From positions 1 to 64,000 of the forward strand of contig DF237476.1 in the NCBI GenBank assembly GCA_000708835.1: DNA of 64,000 bases, given 5' to 3'. This document shows, in pieces, positions 1-13,500 of the stretch. Made by a program: the position numbers and the translations under genes. The DNA is from Klebsormidium nitens (taxonomy: Eukaryota; Plantae; Klebsormidiophyceae). The notes beneath the pieces were generated by a model, which made no database searches, was not told the origin of the DNA, and saw only the letters and a program-made list of their open reading frames with translations. Positions within the stretch are counted from its first letter, which is position 1. Every line of letters begins with the position of its first letter.

Positions 1-180
1 TCGTTACAACGATTTTGATTTCGACAAAGTGCCATAAGCTCCTCTTTTTTGCCTAGCCTATTGATCATGTACATGGCCCACTAGGCGAACATACAAACGG
101 ATTTGGCCTATCAACTCTGTGTCGTCTTGCGTAGCCGCTCATACCATATAAGAGGCGAGGGCCAAGCGGTTAAGACTTAT

Positions 181-1545
181 CAGCAATTACATAAGTTGAA
201 AAGATTCGAGCAAAAGAAACAAAGGAGAACCAAATGTTAGACAAGAAGGGCTCTTGATGCAAAAAGATCCACTGAAGCGGATGCGAGGAGGTCATGTAAG
301 GCTTTGTCATTGGTTACAATGAAGCAGCACAAATTTTTGAATCATTCCACAGATGCATGCGGCTTGCGAGTTTGCAGTGCAGCTTGACTCCGGGCAGGTC
401 TGCGGCACGTCAGTGACATAACATGCTGAAATCTTGCTGGAGTTCTAAACCTACAAACCACTCGACACGAAACAAGTTAGAACGATGTCCAAAAGGTTCT
501 AAACGATGTCCAATCTCCAATAGGTTCTAAATGAAGGATTTGATTTCATCTACAAGTTTTTGGTTCAAACATTACAATCTGGCGGACATAAATTTTTGAT
601 GGACTTTCAACTTTCTCTCAAACCGTGCATTTATGACACAATGAAAATCAACACCAAAATGCAAGTGGCCATTTATTGCACTAGCAAACCACCCAAGGCC
701 CAACTCCAACACAATGGACAAGAAGTTGGCACACAATTACGTGATGGCTTTAAAGTTGCAAACAAAGAGAGCCTAGAAAGGATACCACCATACAGCAGTA
801 GAGCGCATAGCAATGCATGCACATGTGGCACCCCAGTCACGGTGACCGCCGAGGCTTTAGGCCCAATTTTTAATGATGGAGACAAAACGTTCAGTTTAGC
901 TGGGGCCTTGACAAACAAAGAAAGCCTAGAAAGGGATACATAGTGTGTGAATCCCAATGCTGCCCTCGTGTCAACTGCAAGCCCGCGTATCAAACCCAAG
1001 TTGCTTCAAAACACTGTGCACACTTTGAAGGCAAGGTGGTGTGTTTTACAAGCAATGTGGTCAACCCAGATGCAAAAACCAGAAGGCTTTACAATGGTTA
1101 CAAGGGAGCACCAAACGTGACTAGCCTACAATCGTTGACAACGCCACTTCGGACATCTTGGCCCCAACCAAGAAGAATTCATTACTAGTGCAATTCTGGC
1201 GGCCAGGCACAAAGCACCATAAGCAGGCAGTCGAACTTCCAAGCATCAATCAAATCCGCAAGATTTTCTAGCCACAAAAACATCTGATTTAGAATGAACA
1301 TGGATTGATCAATACTTATATTAGCTAGCGGCCAACAACGAAAACAGCCAACTTTAGGATCTACTTACGCACATTTTCTATGGCCAACGTGGTCCCCTTT
1401 GAACGAAGTCAACTTCAAGCCGAAGTTTGATTTGGTGGTGGTTCTAGGGCACTTGGCTAAACAAGCGGCCCTTGAAGTCGTAAAGTTGTTCCACCCTCGT
1501 AGTACTAACGCTTAGAGTACTAAGAGAAACCAGACTCATTTTACT
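181..1545 (+). pseudogene. Decayed coding-like relic of unknown family (possibly an old transposon or gene fragment)
   Basis: Long protein-like frames are interrupted by isolated stops (e.g. QQLHKLKRFEQKKQRRTKC*TRRALDAKRSTEADARR; NEVNFKPKFDLVVVLGHLAKQAALEVVKLFHP). There is an internal duplication encoding NKESLER at 761-781 and 914-934. No recognisable domain. Confidence 0.25.
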
Positions 1546-1715
1546 AGGATCCCACTCTATTTTCAGCAAGTGGATCTACGGGCCGAAATAAAATTACCAT
1601 TGTCTGTCTGGATCAATGTGAAAATTGTGCTCCACAAGCTTGGGTAATGACAGATGGGAAGGCTCTGCCACCTTCTCTACCTGTAGACACTTTTTCTAGA
1701 AGGCCCATCTTTCAA

Positions 1716-1764
1716 GGGCAAGACAGCACTGGGCACTCTCTTGGGCCCAAGTGCTGTCTTGCCC
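1716..1764. repeat. Inverted repeat / hairpin
   Basis: GGGCAAGACAGCACT (1716-1730) is the exact reverse complement of AGTGCTGTCTTGCCC (1750-1764); the stem extends imperfectly inward (GGGC/GCCC). Confidence 0.85.
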
Positions 1765-2138
1765 AAACAAATTCACATCTCGTGTGACAAAGCGGTAACG
1801 ATGTCTTCCCTTCGCCGTCCTGCACTTGAAGCAGACTCAAAACCAACGAGTTTGGAAGAGCTTGAAGAGAACCAACTCGCACATATGTATGTCTCTTTCA
1901 CCACAGGGAAAGCCAAATGTGATATATACAGATGAGGTCCAGTAGTGTACAAGGGGATTCTAGCAAGTTTATCCAGCCAGACTGTCAGACTTGTTCTAGC
2001 ACTTTGATTGTGCTTTCATTTTTGCCCTAGAAGCTTCTTTACTTGCCTTTGCCGCTTTGTCCAAGCGCGACGAGGCATTGCACACCTTCCTAGACGGCCT
2101 TTGCAATGAAAGAACCACAACCCTCGTGGTCTCTTCCG

Positions 2139-2176
2139 NNNNNNNNNNNNNNNNNNNNNNNNNNNNNNNNNNNNNN
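2139..2176. other. Assembly gap (38 N)
   Basis: Run of N in the sequence. Confidence 1.
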
Positions 2177-2332
2177 GTGCTGACATACTGTGGGCTGTAC
2201 TTGACCTGTACATGTGTACTTTTCGACCGTACGGGTGTACATTTTCAAAATCTCCGGGTCCACGGACCTACGGGAAGGTCTTGGGTTCGACCCCAACCAA
2301 GATCGCCAAAAACTTTTCTTTCTACCATGCCG

Positions 2333-5300
2333 CTAGGGAGCTAGGATTATGAGTGCCGGAATTGGCCCTACCTGATCCTGCGAACGCCCATTGGCGCTTG
2401 TTTCCTTCCTTGTGTATACCCTCATTGAGAATCGAAGCATGGGCTTGAAATTCCCTTGCGACTGAAGGTAAACTGGGACCTCCTCGTTTGGCAACAGGTG
2501 TGCTCGGAACCCTTGATTTTGCACGTCCATGCAATCATTTAGAGGACTGGGCTCTCGGTCCTCCTTGTTCTTCGACGTGTTTACCCATATCTTCTTCTGG
2601 AGTCTCTTCAGGAAGTCCCTGTTCAAGTCGTTTCGGTTCCACCCATGAATGGCAAAGCACCAGCTCTTCTTGGTGTCGGCGTTGGGGATTCCTTTTGCCA
2701 ACTCCTCAGCAACGACTGCAAGAGCACACCTGTGTTGAAGCTTCCTTCTTGATCCGAACCTCTTACCTCTTCGTTTCGAAGTCACTTTGAAATGCACACG
2801 TCACTTCCCGCATCTAGCTGCACATGGTTGTATGGCCAACCCACACCGGTGGCAGAATTACCTTCGATAAAAGCTTTTGTGGTCGTGACTCGTGACTCGA
2901 TTGAACCAATTCAACTCTGGAGAGCTCTAACTAGTATGAAACCAATTGTTGACCACAAAAAGAAGATGTGGTTCGTCAGCAAAGAGGTTGTAGCTAGCCT
3001 AGTAGGCAGCAACATTCCTTGAATCATGACTTCGCCACCTTGTAGTCGGTTGGGGGGTAGAAAGCCCGACAACTTGATGAAGGCTAATCGCGTTTCTCCG
3101 TGAACCTTCGACTCTTTTCGACAGTTGCCCGTTTGTACTTTCGTGTGGTGTTGCATGTTTGTGGGCGTTGTGATTCCTTCGTTCTGCTGCCCAAAGCATG
3201 AGAATTGAAGTCTCCTCTCCAAGAATCTTGACCTTCTTTGGAAGCTGGACTTGATCGGAGACGGGGGCCCTTGGCGCATGCGGGGCCATTTCGGAACACG
3301 ATCCTGCTTGAAACGTCCCATTTGTTCCCAATGTGTTGAGGGGCTGTCACGTTCAATGGTTCATCGTGACTATGGGCGTGTGGGCTCTGCATACCCTTTA
3401 TCTTGCTTGATAGTGACTCAAGGACCAGGAGGACTTTAAGGTCAAAGCGCACCACATTACCTTGTATGTCCCAAGGCCTTGCCCTTGCAAAATCGCATGA
3501 AGACATCCTGGTCGTAGGCCGGCAACCGATCATATGCGTGCCGTCTGATGTAAGGTTGTCCGCTTGGTCGCAGATGGCGAGAATTTCCCTCAACAAGACC
3601 TGCAAACAAGACAGTAGAGATCAATCCTGGAATAGGTGAAAAAAGGACAACAAAACTCCATGCTGGAATCAACCCGAACAGACCGCACTCTTTTCAAAAC
3701 AAATCTGCAAGCAACCCACATTAAGGTAGTGGACCTTGTGTCTTTGCTTCCATGCCTTACCAGAGGCCAAAAGCACACCAAACGTGCATGCTTGTCCAAA
3801 GGGTACGGAGCATGAGAAGTCAGCTCAAGCCTGGGTGCCCAGAAAGGTTGCAAATTGATGGGGCCACCCAAGATAGCTAGACGTTTGCTATTAATTACAA
3901 GTCAATATATCTCGTCTAAGATAAGTGCATGAAGCATAACCTACCTCATCGTTGGCAGTCTTGGGTGCAAAGAGAACCTGAGCGATGAAGTCGTCGTCGG
4001 TGGGGTGGTCTTCGCTGTTGTGACCATCCGTAGGGGCCGCAAGCTCGAAGGGGATGTTGTAGTCAAGCTCCAGTTTTGAGCAATCTAGTGCTGCTACATT
4101 GTCCAGTTTAGTGCTTAGCACCATGGGAACTGAAACGACCTGCAAAACGATGCGTGGACAAAGGTTGCGAAGTGCAGGTCGGTTTGTTGAGAGTGAGGTT
4201 TCAAAGTCCTACATAAAAGTCGACTTCGGAGCATGCTTGTTGCTCAAGATAGTCCTCGGGGAATCATGTCCAGACTTGCGGCGAACTTCAAGCATAAATG
4301 TGAAAAGAGCATGGCCGACACAGACCAAGCATGCTTTGATTGTACAAAGAGAGACGAAAAAGAACATGAAGGGACGAAGCGGGGACGAAGCATTGTGCAC
4401 ACAGCTCGCCAAAGTATATAGCCATTTGCGCAGACGGTCGACATTTTACCAGAGCAGTCTGCATCTCCTGGGTGATGGACTCCACATCCATGTACGACGG
4501 CCCCTCCCAAAATTCTTGCTCCGTCAGTTCAAACTCCCACGAGTGCGGCAATGGTGCTTGAGGAGACCCCGAATCCTGCGTAGGTACCAGGACGTGAAAG
4601 GCATTAGCGGTGCTCACAAGCAGACACAATATTCAACGGCTTTCAACTTCCTTCATCAATATGCTTGCATATTCTCCAAGAGCCCAGAGCCCAGCACTTA
4701 GAGCACTTCTTGGTTACAGACCGATGAGTCTCGTGTTTCAAGCCAAAAAACAGTCCCTAGACTCGGGGTCTGACGAAGTTCGTACATATGGACTTGATTT
4801 TGTCTGAACCTCATAACAATCCTGGTCACTTCCCAACTTGATGGTTTGGAATCACAGGGAACTGTCGGTACTGACACAACATACTAGTACTAAGGCAAAG
4901 AGCGTGTGGTATTAGGGCATATTCCAGAACTGCAGCCACAACGTTTCATGAGCATCTCAGGCAAGGGCAGCCAGAAGCGCCTCGTTCAATCAGTCCAGGA
5001 GCGAAGCCACAACGTATCCATAGATTCCATCAAAACCTCCCTACTCATAGAAGGAATTGTAATCGATGGCTCGACTACCAGGGAACGGCAGCATTTCAGC
5101 AATACATGAATGCAATTTTAAATACGGATGACACGCATCCAGATAGATTGTCAGATTATACTCCTGCCAAAACCCAAAGCCAAACACAGTGAAACACAAC
5201 TTGACCAATCTGATGCAAAAGTAAGTCGTTCAGCTTCATCCCCCGTGCTGAGACATGTGTTGACGTAGTCGCAGAAAACCTGAACACGAGGGAAAGCTCT

Positions 5301-6460
5301 GAATTGAAGCTTACCGCCTCAGAGTCAGGGCAGGCATCATCGCCAGTGGGGAGGTTGTCGGAGTCAGGCCCGTCGGAACCACAATCTTCAGAGAGCTCAG
5401 GAAGGTCAGTGTTGACCTCCTTGAAGAACTCTTCTTCTGGTGTCAGCTGCATGAGGAAACAAGAAGAATGATTCAGCAAGTGGCCCTGAATCCCAGGTTG
5501 CAAAGCACAACCAAGAACGACACTGCAGGGACTGAGACTGATGGATGAGTACAGCAATACTGCTGTAATGCACACATGGAAGAATGGAGAGATGGGGCCT
5601 CTGATAGGTGTCAGAAATCCAAAACCGACGGATTGACTTAACAGTACCCTTTCACATGCATATGCTTGAAGTGTCGAGAAGACAGTAAAAGCACTGGCAT
5701 CAAAGTGCGCGAAAGACTTACCCCCCCAGGTTTTGTGGGGTCAGGTTCCAGGCAGTGCATAGACTTCGCCACGTCTGCAAAACAATAGACGGCGGAGATG
5801 TCACATATCTTTTACAACCAGTGTGGGGTCAGTAGTTTCTGAGCACCTGGCGTCGCGCCTGGCCTGCTTCCCTTGACGAGCGGTGAGTACCAAGGACAGT
5901 GGTTCTGCAGGTGGCAGAGCAAGTAATCGTGCCTACAGGCCTGGGGCATGCTTGCTGCAGTCCACATTAGAGTGACTGCACATTGCTTTTCAGTATTGCA
6001 TTCATCTGCATTGTCAATATCATTGCATGTACTGTGATGTCAACATGAGCTGTGAGTCCATACCTGTGGCCGCATCGTCGGCAGCCAGCCCGTAGGGTTG
6101 GGCGGGCAAAAAGTCAAACCTGCTTGCAATCCTGCTGACTGCTCCCGCGCAACCTTTCTGATAGATTCTCTGTCTTTTGACAGAGTCCTTCTGTAATTTG
6201 AGAGCAGGCGCTAATTGATTTCTGGCGCAGCTGCTACTGCGCTTCCGCTTGGGAATTGTGACCGCGCAAGTGGCCGAAGCAAACATCCTGATTCTGCTTG
6301 CACAGCACAGCCAGTGCCAGCTACGGCAGGTGCCGGGTACAAGGCCTCATCACACAGGAAAGGGACCTGCAGCTCAACATTGACAAAAGCATGCGCCTCA
6401 AGCAGGTGAAGCGTCTGACTGGCTACTGAACTTTCCAAGTTGAGGTCTGCGAAAGTCTGG
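2333..6460 (-). CDS. Unidentified multi-exon gene (acidic protein; possibly partly pseudogenised)
   Basis: Three clean phase-0 exons have consensus AG/GT borders and lengths divisible by 3: 5315-5446 (LTPEEEFFKEVNTDLPEL...), 4450-4575 (DSGSPQAPLPHSWEFELTEQEFW...) and 3945-4139 (VVSVPMVLSTKLDNV...FAPKTANDE). Further open segments lie at 2333-2797 and 6211-6457. I could not link all segments without stops; gene ends are uncertain. Confidence 0.4.
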
Positions 6461-6779
6461 ATATCAGTCAGAGAGAAGGCTTACAAATCCCAACCGGGGC
6501 CCGAGAGTCGGGTTGCCGTCGCCGAATCTCCAATGACACAAAACGTATCAACAAGGTCGCAGCACTCACTCTATCAGATCGACGGCTACAGCAAGCGGAC
6601 GTGAGCTCCCATCCCCTCTGCGTTACAGTGGTCCCGTCTCCTCGTAATTGGTAGAACCAGGTCGCCGGACAGGGCCGACAGGCCCTGGCTGACTGGTGAA
6701 ATGAGAGCGAGTTCTTGAACGCACTCCCAGACTCTGCAACAATTTAGCCCAACAAACAAGTACTACCATGTGCTACACG

Positions 6780-7270
6780 TGATGCCCGTACCATTCCACC
6801 GAGTCGAAGCTGGCCGTCCCATCATGAGCTAGGTAATCATGCTGCGAGCGCGCGCGCGTAGCTTGCAACCTCAGGCGGCGCCCAATATCACTGCTCAGAG
6901 TGCATCATGGCTGGCATGGCTTCACTAAGTGCGACTGAGGCCCGCGGCGCTAACTACGGTACTAGTCACGGTAGCTCCGCTCGCCATCCGATCGTCGCAC
7001 ATGCATGCCACGAGTACGAGACCGCGTCGAGCAATGCCGGCGAGCGGGCTCACTGCGCGTATTTTGCTTCTCAATTTAGCTTGACATGATCAGCATGCCA
7101 CAAATGAAGTATGCATGTGCCAGTTTGCATCCTCGGTAGATCCATGTGATGCCCGGCACGATGGCTTGTTCATGGATTATTGATCATCACAGCCGGTAGC
7201 TTCGGCCTAAGGCGGCCGTATGTTTCTTTAGATGCAAGGTTGTCTCTTCAGACGTGCAGAATTGCCTAAT
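6780..7270. other. Palindrome-rich intergenic spacer downstream of MOS14
   Basis: Dense CATG/TGCA/AGCT/GATC words, GCGCGCGCGC at about 6846 and CATGCATG at about 7000; no sustained ORF. Confidence 0.5.
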
Positions 7271-7570
7271 GTTCGATCTCGAACCGATCTTGCTGTGCAT
7301 GTGTGGCCCGATCTTTATATCCAGTTTCCCACTCCATCCTAGATAGTAGGATGGTCACATACTTAGGAGGAACAAACAGGTGTCGACCAGCGATTGAGTG
7401 AGGTTGACCAGAAAACACGGAGCCATACTGAAAGATGTGAATCACATCCTGAATCCTGTGACGACGTTGTCTTTGGACAATGGTCACAAAAGCTGTGTCA
7501 AAAAGGGGTCTTACGGTGAACTCAATGAACAAGACTTCGCAAGCGTCTGCCTCTTCTGAAACGCTTGCTG

Positions 7571-10500
7571 TTATCCAGACGGGTACTTCAGCTGCAAAGG
7601 TTGCAAAGCGTCTTGTACTGCACTCAGCACTTTCTTGTTTCGACGGCACACGTCGGAAAGCTCATCGACGGCTGTCGTAAGCTGTTCTCGGTGGTCGCTA
7701 TTGCTAGACGCGACTTGAGCCACCGCCTGGATGAAAGCATCCTTCTCACCGTTGGATAGGGCCGAATCTGGAATCAGCCCCAGCGTCTGCTGCGTCCATT
7801 GTACAATGGACTGCCCAACTAGGGGCGCGAAGTAGGACAGCGTGTCGATCAACTGTATCACAGAGGAGCGAATTTGTTACGGCCCGTTTGTCCGCTCTCC
7901 TTTTTCACCAGGCGACGAAATGTTGCGATGCGAAATTCAAACAATCGGCGGGTTTCATCTGACCGGCTCGCTTGATATGCAGATCCAACCACTCTGACGA
8001 CGCTGCAGAGTAGCAAAGAAACTCAGTTTCTATCGCTTTCCATAAAGACCTTTCTTGCTCCCGAGAGTGGACGCAAGCTGGGCCTGCCCTCCAATCGAAA
8101 CATGCAGAAGAGCCTCACTTCGTCTAGCCGGGCCTCTGGCAAAGCTCCCGTGATCCCGGCGATGAGAATGCGCAGCAACGTCGGCCCCCGAGGCTGGATC
8201 GCTGCCTCGACGCTGCTCCTGACGTCAGCGCCCTCCCGGGACTTGACCAGCTCCAGGACTTGTTGCAGGAACGAGAGGATGGACCGGCAGGCCTCCCTGT
8301 CGCACGTAAACAGAAATGAACGGCTTCAGAACAGGGATACGAGGATTCTGGCACGAGCTCTGAGGTTCTGCTACTATTCGACGCCTCTCTTTCAACAGAA
8401 GCGTGAGAGCGGAAGAACAGTCTTCAGGGCGTTGAATCTCCTGCAGTTGTCGCCCAAGCCCCGAAGCGCGGAAAATTCTGGAGAGACAGTGACAGCAAGC
8501 AGAAGCTCCGAGCTCCAATTGCTCGCAAGCAGAACCTGGGCTAAAACCTGCCAGACAAAACACAAACTCGAAAATGGGTCCGCTTGAGTTGCGTCTCCAT
8601 GTGACTCAGGACAGAACTGGGCCGGAAACAGGGCGCACCTGTGCTGCACCGTGATCCCCGTGAGGGCGCAGTCCAGCAGCTGCGGCAGGAGCGGGGAGGC
8701 CCCGATGAGCTGCGGGCAGTAGCGCAGGCACCGCCCCGCTAACAGGAAGCAGTCGTCCGCGAGGTCGGGGTGCGCAGTGAAGTCCTGCGCAGCAGGAGAG
8801 GACTGGTTTAGAAGAGAACGACGTTGCTTGCCTCCAGGGAGGGCGGGTGTGGAGAATAGCGCACAGAATTCCGCAAAGGGGCGCTTCGGTGGCGTTGTGA
8901 TGAGGGAGGACTGACTGGTCCACTGATGGCCTCTTGCCAAGCTGTTGCAGTCAATCCAACACAAAGAGCAGTGACAACAGAGGTCTTTACCGGCCCCTCT
9001 CACTCGGCGTCGAGAGCGGACTACAAAAGAAGTGCACGCAGAGAGGTTGTTTGCTCTCAAGATAAAAGCGCGATGGTTTTTAGAAGCTGGTGGCTGTTTC
9101 TTTAGCGGCCCAAGGCTCACCGAGATGGTCTTGAGAGAGGAGAGCGTTTCGGGGAAGAGGCTGTTGAGGAGGAAGCCGACGGTGTCCTTTTGGGAAGTGT
9201 GCATCCCAAAGACCTGATCCAGACCGGAGAACGTCAGCGTGATTGACAGGACGTTGACCGCACGCAGTCAAGGAACACTAAGAGTGCCGTGTCAAGGCAC
9301 AACAAGACTCAGGTTGCGGCTGACGGGAGTAAACCTCGACGGGCGTCGAACGGAGACAGATGTCTGGGAAGTTCTGATCGTCGACATGCACTGAAATGTC
9401 GGTCTATCCGCTCTCCTTTCCAGTAAAAATAAGGAAATGAAGGCTGTAAGGAGCTGTGCACGCAGATTTGGCCAAAGCTTTCAGCCACTCTCCCGCTGCC
9501 ACGTGTCCTCACCTTGACGACCTCGCTGGCGACGTAGAGCAGGCACGACTGGTGCGTCCCCTGGTAGCGCAGCTGCACCTCGTTGGCAATGGCGGGCAAC
9601 ATGGGCGCCAGGTCCGTACCGCACGTGCGAAGCTGCACAGTGTGTCCAAAAAAGACGTGAGCCTTAGATTATTTTTAGGTGTCCAAAAGATAACGTCAGA
9701 AGCAGGAGTGGACCAATGAGGTGGCGTCCACTAGTTTCGACTGTTATTGTACACCTTATCGACCCACACCTCAAACAAAAGAACTCTCTTCTTGAGGCTC
9801 TGCACGCAGTTTGGAGCGCCCGCTTTCTGCGCGGGGAGCTTGTACAAGATGGGCAAGGGACGGCAAGGGACGGCAAGGGAAGAGGGTCGATAAGCGCCTA
9901 GAGAGATGCACGCAAGCACGCTCGGCAGGTAAAACATCCCTGCTCTGGGAATACTCTTGAAGAAGACCGTTGAGCTCCGTTGGCGACACGACTATGTTCT
10001 ACGTCCTGCCTTGATGAGATGGCAAGAGGAGCGACAATCCTAGAACAGTGCCAGCAGAGTTAGCAGTGACCCGGATGAATCCTATTGTGTGTTCTGTCTT
10101 CTTTCTTTTCAGTTTTTCCTAGGCCCGCGGTACAGAACATGGCATATGACAATTTAGAATCGCACTCACTGCCAGCTTGCACGCCCGGCAGAGCCGCTCC
10201 ATAATGCGTGTGTCCCCGCCCTTGAGCGCAAACAGCGTCTGCACCAGCGGCCACATTCGCCCAAACGCATCGGCGAGCGGCCGCGGCGACCGGTAGCACC
10301 GAAACACTTCGGACAGACGGTCCAAGTGCTGTACGAAGAGTCCGGCGCTCGGCGTGCTCCCCTGCTGCGTCGCCACTGCTAGTTGCTGCAGGGGGGTGAG
10401 AATCGGAACGCAGAGAGACTGTAACAGTTGCTCCCCGCGTTCCGTGGGGAGCTTGTTGACAACTTTGCATACGCCCTCGATCACGTGCATCACGTGCTCG

Positions 10501-13500
10501 TTCTCGAGCCGGATCGGGGGATCCCCCGGGCGCGTCTCGGGGTTGAGGGTCCGCTCGTAGAGGCCCAGGAGGGCGTCCATGTGGCCGCTCGTAGAAGCGA
10601 TATGCACGGAACACGTGTCACACACGTGTTGGAGGGCGACGGCCGCGGCCGAGGGGGCCTCTTCTTGCGCGCTGAGCGCGGTCGCCAGAAGCGTGAGCAC
10701 GGGGGGGAGGAGCGCGGAAACGTTGCGGGCGGAAGCGAGCCACTCGGAATAAGCGGCGATCGTCAGCGCTGACGTGTACAGTAACTGCGGGTGGTGTGGC
10801 GGCACGGACGGCAGCAGCGCCATAATCTCTGGAAGGACTGACGCCTCGGTGGAGGGGACCAATCGCGAGATGCCACGTATGCAGTAGAGGGACGCCTCAA
10901 AGGTCTGCCAGTCGTTGGAAGCGGAGAGGTTTTGGGCGGCCTGGAAGAGGGGCTGCCCGAGGAGTGCGAGGAGGGACTCGCCGCCGAGGACCTCGCCCAC
11001 GTCAAGGAGGACGTCAGCGACGGAATAGCGTGTGTGCTTGAAGTCGGCCTTCTGGTCCTTGCGCCACGTGTCGAAGCCGGGAGGGTACCTGCAACAATGT
11101 TGGAATCAATTGAACGCCGCAGAGCAGCAATGAATTGGCGGAGAGGGGATAATGTCAGGGTTGATGGTACAAACGGAGCATTCGGAAACCCTTGCTTGAG
11201 GCTGCAATCCCTACTTCCTCCTTGCGTTGGCTACTCGCGTTTAGGAGCAGTGAACGCGCGCTTATCGAGGGTGACCGAAGAGGCGATAAGCTGAACCCAG
11301 ATGTTAGGAACAGACTAGCCCGTTGCTACTCAGGCAAACTTCCGTTACTGCGCCTTTTCCGGACGGCAACTGGACACGTCGCTTTCTGCTCATTATCATG
11401 CGCCTCAGAAGAACAAAGAGGAACGCACGAGTTTGGCAAATAGCACTACAGAACCCTATATATCCATCGGTTTACAATACCCTCACCTGACGCGACCAGT
11501 GACAAGGGACACCAGCATCTGGAAGAGGGGTCGGAACAGCGCCAGCCGGCGCTCCTTTTCGTTGATGACGGCGGCGCTCCCGGCGGACCCGCTCGGGGAG
11601 TTCCCCCCCTGCGGCTTGCTGGTGAGCGCGCGGCTCAGCTTGTGCCAAAAGTTGAACGTCGTGCTGGCGATGGTGTCGTCCGGATGAGCCGCCACCTGAA
11701 ACGGAGGAGAGGGGCGTTGCCGCACAACCCGATGCGAGGGCGACGAGTTCAGAAGCAACAAGATACCCGTCCAATTGTACAGTCACAAGGACATTTTAGA
11801 GTCTTTATCTGTTTCCTGCCAAACCGCACAACCCTTCCCCTGATAACTGACATCCACTGTCCACGGAGAAAGGTATGCGTCCTCGTCCAGAATCACTCAA
11901 GAGGGCCGTCACAGTGGATATACGCGCGTGGCCAACGCGTAATGACGGCACGACACGCGAGGTGATCATCCTTTATTAGACTTGACTCGTGGTTGCCAGC
12001 CGTCCGAACTGAGGTACACTCACAGGTGCAGACGCCCACTTGAAGAACGCTTTTATCAACTTTCAAGCCCACAGCACAACATTCATAAAGCAAGACAAAC
12101 ATCACCCCCACAAAATGACTCGTTCTGACCAGCAAAAGTCCCTCTCTATGAAATGCTAGAGAGACGCACCTCCAGCATCGCCTGCGCCATGATCACCGCA
12201 TCCGGACTGCCGCTCGCGACAAGCTCCGAGTACGCCTCCGCCAGCTCCGCAAAGAGGCGCGCCATTGCCTTGGTCGTATCCTCGTCCTCCTCAACCTGAT
12301 TCTCCGAGTCGACCGGCACCGCCTCGCTGCCCTCGTTCTCGGCCTTCTCCGCGAGCGCTTGTCGGAGGGCGGCGTCGAAGCGGGGGCGCAGCGCCATGAC
12401 GCGGGGCACCAAGACCTGGAACCAGAAAGAGTGACGTGCTTGCTGGGGACGTTTGATTGTGAGTTGTTTGATCAATAGCGCCGCAGGAGAGTCAGAGCTC
12501 AGAAGTAGCTCGAAATTGAATTGTACAGGGTTTGGGCAGATCGTCGCTGGCAGCGACCAGCCAGCTTAGACCAGAGTACAGACAGGTCCCAAAGGAAACG
12601 AGCGTTGTAAATCACAAGGTAATCATGAGAACCTTTGGGCTCCGATATAGTGCAAACAACCGCCCTGCCGAGGCTGCAACACAACACGGCAGCCATAATG
12701 CATTGAATCGCTGTGTAGGTATATTCGCCCCCTCACCTGGACGAGCGGCATGTGCGCTAGAAGGTCCCCAAGGCCCTGCCCGCTGACTGTGTACCGGATC
12801 AGCTCGCACACTGCATCCACCGCCGTGTCAAACGTCGCCTGCTCGTTCAGCCCATCAAGTGCCGCTTTCGTCAGCGGCTGGTTAACCAGGTCCTGTGCGG
12901 GCATGCCGTTGGCCAGCCGCAACCAAGCAGCAAACGCCTGCGAAGTACAGAGAGACAGAAAGCCGTCGTCGACAAGTGTGGACGAAGTAAGACGTACCGA
13001 CGACCAAGACGAAATCAGCAGCGCAGCGTTTTACCTCGTTGTGCCAATTATGTATCCATTAAGTGGGGAAGAAGCGTGAAGAGTGGAGGACAGACAGCCC
13101 CTCCTATGCAAACTAGATTTCCAAAGCGTCACGGCATTTCCATAATATAGGAGTAGGCTTTCCACTCCCTCTGCTTTCCTCTTCCAAGAGTTTCCAAAAC
13201 ATCCAAGGAACGCTACAGGAAACCCCTCAAGATGCACGGGTTTTCGAGACAACCAAGAAACGCTACAGGAACCCCCTCACCGAGAGCAGCTTATTCACCA
13301 CTGCCTGGTCCCCCCCCTGCGCCGACAAGAACGCTCCCAGCAGGCCCAAAGCGTCCGGCACCGACGCCACAAGCTCCTCGGAGAACTGGCGCCTCCTAGC
13401 TGGCCGAATCGCAATCTTGTAGCTGGCTGACTCCCGCGGCAGCTCTGCTAGCATCTCCAGGAGGCCAGGCACTGCGCTTGGCTGCTCGTTGAGTTGCCGG

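Noticed and set aside
7266-7649. 127-aa minus-strand ORF overlapping the MOS14 stop
   Set aside because: It overlaps the last exon in another frame and runs into the presumed 3' UTR; no motif or splice support.
10060-11294. Alternative-frame and antisense ORFs over MOS14 exon 7
   Set aside because: Explained by high GC3 in the true frame.
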